Source: Bacillota bacterium
GTDB lineage: Bacteria; Bacillota; Clostridia; Ch29
DNA length: 64,000 nt
Direction of reading: 5' to 3'
Assembly: GCA_040766775.1 (NCBI GenBank)
Contig: JAXGPT010000006.1
Location: forward strand, 4,709-68,708
The notes beneath the pieces are model-generated. The model did no database searches, had not been told where the DNA came from, and saw only the letters and a list, made by a program, of their open reading frames with translations. The translations under genes and the position numbers were made by a program. Positions within the stretch are counted from its first letter, which is position 1; the number at the start of each line of letters is the position of its first letter. Positions 58,657 to 64,000 of this stretch are shown here, in pieces.

Positions 58657-59418
58657 GTGATGCAAATGACGGGTAAAGGGTCAAGGATTGCGGTCTACCT
58701 TTTGGCGGTTACCGTTCTGGCCTTTGCGCTCTATATCGCCGGGGACTTGTTCTCTGAAAAAGCCGCCGCCGCCCAGGAAGCCGAAAAGAACATAATAACG
58801 GTAAACGGAAAAGGGATTATTAAGGTTAAGCCGGATACCGCCTATATAAGGGTGGGGGTGGAGACGAGGGGCTCCGATGCAAAGAAGGCGCAGCAGGAAA
58901 ACGCCCGGGTTATGGGTGAGGTAACCAAAAAGCTAAAGTCCCTTGGCATCAAGGAGGACGATATCAAAACGGTGACATACAGCCTGTACCCCCTGGAAAG
59001 GTACGATGAAAAAACCAAAAAGTCCTATGTATACGAGTACAGGGTTAACAACATGGTAGAGGTTACAGTGAGGGATATAGACAGCACCGGGGCGGTGATA
59101 GACGGCGTTTCGGCGGTAGGCTCCAACAAAATATCCAGCATACGCTTTGACGTTGCGGACACCGAGAAGTATTATAACGAGGCATTAAACGCGGCGGTGG
59201 TAAACGCTTCCGGAAAGGCGGAGGCCATTGCAAAGGGGCTGGGCGTAACGCTTAAAGGAGCGGTGAACGTGCAGGAGATATCAAGCGGCGGGCCGATGGT
59301 TGTACGGGACACAGTAAGTCTTGCAAAGACTATGGAAATGGCGGACATGGCCGCAACGCCCATATCCACCGGAGAGCTGGAAATAAGTGCAATGGTTTCG
59401 GTGCAGTACGCTTACTAA
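58657..59418 (+). CDS. SIMPL/DUF541-domain envelope protein
   Basis: ITVNGKGIIKVKPDTAYIRVGVETRGSDAKKAQQENA...ISTGELEISAMVSVQY. Confidence 0.8.
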   Translation: MMQMTGKGSRIAVYLLAVTVLAFALYIAGDLFSEKAAAAQEAEKNIITVNGKGIIKVKPDTAYIRVGVETRGSDAKKAQQENARVMGEVTKKLKSLGIKEDDIKTVTYSLYPLERYDEKTKKSYVYEYRVNNMVEVTVRDIDSTGAVIDGVSAVGSNKISSIRFDVADTEKYYNEALNAAVVNASGKAEAIAKGLGVTLKGAVNVQEISSGGPMVVRDTVSLAKTMEMADMAATPISTGELEISAMVSVQYAY

Positions 59419-59568
59419 TGCAAAGAGGGCTTCCTTGAGAAGCCTCGGTTTACATGCAAAATGGCCTTGAGGTTCTTTTAGAGCCGCAAGACCATTTTAA
59501 TTTTCTTTAAGCTTGTGCGGTTTTTGCCAATCAGCTTTCCCATAAACAGGAGCAAGGAATTCGTCATA

Positions 59569-60156
59569 TTAATCAAAACTTATGGATTTTAGTATTTGTT
59601 CATAATCCCCAATGTTATCATCGAAGTTTTCGACCATATCAGTAAATCCGATTAAATAGGAGTCTTTGCCTAATAATAAAAATATATTCCAACACTTAAG
59701 CCTGGCGGCTCCGGCGTCGTAGGTAAATACAAATTTTCTGGCATCTCTTCCGTCCACGGTTAGGTTTTCCACTTCACCAATGTATTCAATGTCCTTGTAA
59801 GTGCTGGGATATGTTGACTTCGCTTTCTCAACCAGCTCATCCAGATTTGATGCGTTAAAGCCCCAATTCATAACAATAAACCTGGCCGTGCCCTTATAGT
59901 ACTCTGCCGGATGAGGCGAACCCTCATATGGTTCCCACCCCTCAGGGGTGGTAACCGATACGTTCACTTCGCCAAACAAGTCATTCTCTTCCTCTGGGTG
60001 CGAACCGGATTCTTCAGTTGCAATGCTGTCAGCTTTGGCCGGAACACTCTGTCCAATCTCTTGGCTGCTGTTTCCGCAAGCTGATAAAAGCACAACGATA
60101 CAGACAAAGACTAATACACTAATACGGGCAATAAAAACCTCCTTTTCATAAATCAT
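59569..60156 (-). CDS. Lipoprotein, hypothetical
   Basis: Lipobox LLSACG. No recognised domain. The start is uncertain: the ORF track begins at 60195. Confidence 0.5.
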   Translation of the reverse strand: MIYEKEVFIARISVLVFVCIVVLLSACGNSSQEIGQSVPAKADSIATEESGSHPEEENDLFGEVNVSVTTPEGWEPYEGSPHPAEYYKGTARFIVMNWGFNASNLDELVEKAKSTYPSTYKDIEYIGEVENLTVDGRDARKFVFTYDAGAARLKCWNIFLLLGKDSYLIGFTDMVENFDDNIGDYEQILKSISFD

Positions 60157-60181
60157 ATCTCCTTGATAATTCTTTGATTTT

Positions 60182-61069
60182 CTATTTAAGTGCATTTTTC
60201 CTGTATTCCGATGGGGTCATGCCCACCTTACGCTTGAAATAGGTGGTGAAGTTGCTGGGGTTGTTGAACCCGCACATGAAGCAGGCCTCCGTTATACTCA
60301 CATTCCGAAGGCTGAGCAGGTCTTTGGCCTTTTGTATCCTAAGGTCCATCAGGTATTCGTAGGGAGGTTTGCCGGTGCATGCTTTAAAAGCCTTAATGAA
60401 GTAGTAGGGGCTAAGACGGGCTACCCTTGCCGCCTCTTCAAGGCTGTATTCCCCATCATAGCTGTTCCTGATATACTCAATGGCCTTATCAATATTCCCT
60501 TTTTTTGTTTTATACCCCGAAGCAACCGGGGATGGCATATTGTTGTCAATCTGCCTCAAAAGACACACGACTATCTGTGTGCTTAGGTTTTTCAGAACAA
60601 GGTTTCGACCGGGCAGGGAGTTATTGTATTCTTCCGCAAAGGCCCTGACAAGCGTTCTTAAATCCTTGCCAAAGACGTAATTGCCCTGCTTAAAATACAC
60701 ATTGGTTTTCCCGTAGACCATGTAAGCGATTTCATCCATAAAATCCCTGTCAACATTAATGGCGATAAGGCGGTTTTTCAGCATGCGGTGATAGGGTCCG
60801 TGGGCCTGGCCGGAATTCATTGGATAAATCTTGCCCTTCTCGCCGGGGCAGTGGCTTTTTTCAACGTATATATGTGTAACAGCCGAGCAGGGCACTATAA
60901 ACTCGTAACTGTCATGGACATGCTGGGCCCTTTCAATAAAATCGATGCCCTCTTTGGGTATTGTTATGCATATGCCTGAGGCCATGTACATATCCACTTT
61001 CTCGGCAAAATGCTCAAAGGGCAGGGGGTATGGACCCTCACCGAACATTTTTAACAGTTCCATGTTCAT
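60182..61069 (-). CDS. AraC-family transcriptional regulator (cupin + HTH_18)
   Basis: C-terminal YSLEEAARVARLSPYYFIKAFKACTGKPPYEYL...ITEACFMCGFNNPSNFTTYFKRKVGMTPSEYR. Confidence 0.85.
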   Translation of the reverse strand: MNMELLKMFGEGPYPLPFEHFAEKVDMYMASGICITIPKEGIDFIERAQHVHDSYEFIVPCSAVTHIYVEKSHCPGEKGKIYPMNSGQAHGPYHRMLKNRLIAINVDRDFMDEIAYMVYGKTNVYFKQGNYVFGKDLRTLVRAFAEEYNNSLPGRNLVLKNLSTQIVVCLLRQIDNNMPSPVASGYKTKKGNIDKAIEYIRNSYDGEYSLEEAARVARLSPYYFIKAFKACTGKPPYEYLMDLRIQKAKDLLSLRNVSITEACFMCGFNNPSNFTTYFKRKVGMTPSEYRKNALK

Positions 61070-61291
61070 CTTTTACCCTCCCGGGAAATATTCGAAGTCT
61101 TTTATGTGGTAACCCATACCTATTTTACATTTTTTTGTTGGCGAAGTAATCACCCCGGGGGTGATTTTGGTGAATTTACATAATAGGAGCAATATCTCAA
61201 TAAAAAAAAGCAATATTTAACAAGTAATACAATGACCGTATTTATATAATGTATTTAAAGATTATGTATAAAAAATATTGTAGGAGGTGGG

Positions 61292-61663
61292 ATGGTGGAA
61301 AACACGAACAACAACACAGCATCGGTTTCAAAGTCTTCAACCGGGATGAATGAAAACCTGGCCGCCCTGTTAAGTTATGTATTGGGGTTTATTACCGGCA
61401 TCATATTTTTTGTTATTGAAAAGGAAAGCAGGTTTGTTAAGTTCCATGCGATGCAGTCCATCCTGGTGTCCGCAGCCTTGATGGTCCTTTCCTTTGTACT
61501 GGGGTTTATACCTTTTATCGGATGGATCGCGTTAATTCTTCTTGGGCCGGTCTCCTTTGTGCTCTGGATTTTACTCATGGTGAAAGCGTATAAGTACATT
61601 TGGTTCAAACTGCCGGTGGTTGGCGACATAGCAGAAAAACAGGCCGATGCCATTAAACTGTAG
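61292..61663 (+). CDS. DUF4870-like small membrane protein
   Basis: NLAALLSYVLGFITGIIFFVIEKESRFVKFHAMQSIL signature and 3 TM helices. Confidence 0.7.
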   Translation: MVENTNNNTASVSKSSTGMNENLAALLSYVLGFITGIIFFVIEKESRFVKFHAMQSILVSAALMVLSFVLGFIPFIGWIALILLGPVSFVLWILLMVKAYKYIWFKLPVVGDIAEKQADAIKL

Positions 61664-61763
61664 TCTGCCAACTTATAGAAATGCATGAAGAAGATAAGGC
61701 ATAGACAGTGGAGCTATGCCTTAATATGTATTTTATGCTGATTTATAAAAGGAGAGGGTTATA

Positions 61764-62624
61764 ATGAAAAGATTAATAGCAGGTATGCTGGTGTTTTTAC
61801 TGGTGCTGTCCCTTGCCGCATGCGGGAGCGGCAGCGGGCCGGCAAGCAGCGCACCGCCAGAAAACGGTGAGAAGACGCCGGAACAGGAGCAGCAGGAGCA
61901 GGCGCAGCAGCAGCCGGTGGAACAACCCGTCCAGGCGAGCGGAAAGGGTGTCATATGTGACGGCTACCAGGCGTTCTTTGATGCCAAGCATGAATTCATC
62001 GATTATGTAGTAGACCAAAGCGAAGACCATGAAATCGTAGCCGTAAAACACAATCTTGCGACCATGAACGAAATAAATGTTTTTGACCACCTTTTGCCGC
62101 TGCTTTATATGGAGCAGTCCATCAATAGCATGGGTAAATTCGATGAAAACATGGAAACTACTATGATGCAGACCGGATGGGCGGACGACGCGAAGGTCGA
62201 GTACAGCGAGAGCGCCGGGTATGTAGAGTATGTGGTAAAGGGTACCGATAAAAACGGGAAGGCCCTGGAGGCCAGGGCGAAATACGACAGTGATGCCGAT
62301 TCAGTGCGGCTTGAGTCATACGTAGACGGTGCCCTTGAGCTGCTGTTTGAGTACGTGAAGCTGCCGGGAGGCTACGCGGCGCAGTACCATTTCGTAGACG
62401 TTCTAAGCATGGACAACTTCACTCCCGTAGAAGGCCTGTGCACCCGCAGGGTTATATTCAGCGGCAGCAACGGTTCCTGCGCAAGGTTTGACAACGTGGA
62501 AGCCCAGCCGGAATCAATCTTTGGCAGCATACCGGATGAGGCGTCCTTTATTGAAGGGGCGACCCACTGGTATACGGTAACCGACGGCAGCTTTACAGGA
62601 AACCTTGGCGGAGAAGCGTTTTAA
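61764..62624 (+). CDS. Lipoprotein, hypothetical
   Basis: Lipobox LSLAACG followed by a Q/E/P-rich linker. No recognised domain. Confidence 0.55.
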   Translation: MKRLIAGMLVFLLVLSLAACGSGSGPASSAPPENGEKTPEQEQQEQAQQQPVEQPVQASGKGVICDGYQAFFDAKHEFIDYVVDQSEDHEIVAVKHNLATMNEINVFDHLLPLLYMEQSINSMGKFDENMETTMMQTGWADDAKVEYSESAGYVEYVVKGTDKNGKALEARAKYDSDADSVRLESYVDGALELLFEYVKLPGGYAAQYHFVDVLSMDNFTPVEGLCTRRVIFSGSNGSCARFDNVEAQPESIFGSIPDEASFIEGATHWYTVTDGSFTGNLGGEAF

Positions 62625-62656
62625 ATAAAAAGTGTACAGGAGTATGGAAGATAGAT

Positions 62657-63205
62657 ATGGGCATGTTAATCCTTACACAGACGGGGAACAGTGTAACCGG
62701 TGCCTTCGGTGAGTGGGACGAAAACTGGACAATCAATGGCACGGCAAGGGGCAGTAAACTTACAGGCACCGTTGATTATTATGAAGATCCGGGTACATTT
62801 GAATTCAATGTGTCGCCGAACGGAAGCATAAACGGCTGGTACCGTCCTGACGGCTATGAAGACTGGGAGGATTCTATCAAATTCACAGGGGTCAAAGTAT
62901 CGGATTCCTTCGGTTCCCCCGGAACAGATTGGGGAGGAGTTTGGTATACGGATTTTGGCCCCATGGTGCTTACACAGAATGGCTCAAGCATAAGCGGTGT
63001 TTACAGGCCCTATACCGATGTGTCGGTCTTTTATATTGAGGGAACGGTTTCCGGTGATATCTTTTCCGGCAGGATTAGGGAAGATGAATTCGAAGGGACA
63101 TTCGAATTCGAGCTGGAAGGCAGCGGAGAGGCCTTCACCGGGCGTTATGCCTATGATGGAGATGAAACAGTGTGGACCGATTGGGGCGGGTTAAAAAAGA
63201 GATAA
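62657..63205 (+). CDS. Hypothetical protein with two internal repeats
   Basis: LTQTGNSVTGAF...GTFEFNVSPNGSINGWYR and LTQNGSSISGVY...GTFEFELEGSGEAFTGRYAY are clearly homologous halves. Confidence 0.5.
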   Translation: MGMLILTQTGNSVTGAFGEWDENWTINGTARGSKLTGTVDYYEDPGTFEFNVSPNGSINGWYRPDGYEDWEDSIKFTGVKVSDSFGSPGTDWGGVWYTDFGPMVLTQNGSSISGVYRPYTDVSVFYIEGTVSGDIFSGRIREDEFEGTFEFELEGSGEAFTGRYAYDGDETVWTDWGGLKKR

Positions 63206-63217
63206 GGAGGTAAAAAA

Positions 63218-64000
63218 ATGAAAAGAAGGGTCTCGTTAGCTATTGCAATGGTTATGGTATTGGCTACATTGTTTAGCCTGACTGCGATGGCGGCCGGCGA
63301 AACGCTGGAAGCTCCGCAGGGTTTAACAGTGGAGGTAAAAGAAAGACCGGACGGCAAACCCTATTTTCTGTTGAAATGGACCAATCCCGAAAGCATATTG
63401 GACCTTGTTAAGTACTGGGACGAAAATGGTGAAGCCTATGTGGACTACCAGATTGACATGAAAGTGGGAAACGGAAGGTGGAATTATGATGTTATAGTGA
63501 ATACAATAACCGGAAACTCACTTCATGCCGGATACGATGAAACCGAAATCTATGCAATACGTGAAGCAGCTTATGACCCGATTAATGACGGAGAACTGGA
63601 TACAATTGATATAAAGGCAAATGTGTATCAGTTCAGGGTAAGGTATTCATACCTTACTTCCGACGATGAGGACAGAGAAGTAGAATACTATATATACAGC
63701 CCATTTTCAAATGTTGCCAGCGTCGGTATGGAAGCGTATTATAAGAACGCTTCCGGCTGGGCGGAGCCCGAGCTTGACAAGGCTGCCGGGTATGGGCTTA
63801 TACCCGATATCCTTAAGGGTGCGGACATGACAAAGCCCATCACGAGGGAGGAGTTCGCCGAGCTTGCAGTGCTGCTTTACGAAAAGGCAAGCGGCAAGAC
63901 GGCCGTCCCGGTTTCCCCCAACCCCTTCACCGATACAAATAACCCGCAGATACTGAAGGCCTTTGCAACGGGGATCACGGCCGGTACTTCCGCCACCACC
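63218..64000 (+). CDS. Secreted wall-associated protein (C-terminus beyond window end)
   Basis: AAGGAGG RBS. Signal peptide MKRRVSLAIAMVMVLATLFSLTAMA. Later WAEPELDKAAGYGLIPDIL...ITREEFAEL and FTDTNNPQILKAFATGITAG resemble SLH/stalk-type anchoring repeats. Absent from the ORF track because the frame is open at the window edge. Confidence 0.65.
   Translation, partial: MKRRVSLAIAMVMVLATLFSLTAMAAGETLEAPQGLTVEVKERPDGKPYFLLKWTNPESILDLVKYWDENGEAYVDYQIDMKVGNGRWNYDVIVNTITGNSLHAGYDETEIYAIREAAYDPINDGELDTIDIKANVYQFRVRYSYLTSDDEDREVEYYIYSPFSNVASVGMEAYYKNASGWAEPELDKAAGYGLIPDILKGADMTKPITREEFAELAVLLYEKASGKTAVPVSPNPFTDTNNPQILKAFATGITAGTSATT

Noticed and set aside
61148-61166. Perfect palindromes: ATCACCCCGGGGGTGAT here, the 26-nt AATAACCCGGGGATCCCCGGGTTATT at 51449-51478, and the related AATAACCCGGTACTGGTTATT at 55008-55028.
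   Set aside because: These are plausibly ordinary terminators or operators. There is no further evidence for a repeat family beyond two loosely similar copies.

Overview
This 64-kb window looks like a chromosomal segment of a Clostridia-class Firmicute. The call rests on gene content: DegS/DegU, agr-like cassettes, a T-box leader, bactofilin, stalk and SLH-type wall proteins, and GGAGG ribosome-binding sites.

Gene content, in order:
- 1-10.8 kb: purine/pyrimidine salvage genes and a LytS/LytTR-CstA module.
- 11-18.3 kb: an intact amino-acid module (aminotransferase, TAXI-TRAP transporter, GlnK/GlnL-like two-component system).
- 18.3-21.9 kb: bactofilin, thpR, hutI and cheW.
- 21.9-24.8 kb: agr-like quorum-sensing cassette A.
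- 25-31 kb: a CAP/stalk protein, degSU, an M18 peptidase and a ComEC-like MBL protein.
- 31.6-35.5 kb: a metal cluster (csoR, zur, znuBCA) with tRNA-Leu(CAG).
- 35.6-41.8 kb: a c-di-GMP-I riboswitch candidate divergent from a PAS-GGDEF-EAL gene, dcd, and a T-box leader in front of a degraded COG2984-type ABC transporter.
- 41.9-43.8 kb: a class-C-like group II intron.
- 43.8-55.2 kb: an approximately 11.4-kb accessory segment. It is bracketed by a 3' fragment of tRNA-Leu(CAA) and the full tRNA. It carries agr-like cassette B, IS21, an AT-rich orphan module, IS remnants, IS256 and an MNT/HEPN pair.
- 56.7-64 kb: an ECF sigma/anti-sigma/DUF4349 unit and several envelope proteins.

Main observations:
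1. Both agr-like cassettes have the order agrC-agrB-agrD-agrA. Their AgrD genes (41 and 44 aa) are missing from the ORF track, lack cysteine, and predict Ser-lactone autoinducers (SFSIL and SMWIL).
2. Three 21-bp-phased direct repeats lie downstream of agrA-B and may mark a LytTR target promoter. An IS21 element now sits next to them.
3. Many recognisable genes are broken by +/-1 indels in mononucleotide runs. The breaks are strongly patchy along the window. Every pseudogene label here is therefore provisional and may reflect assembly error.
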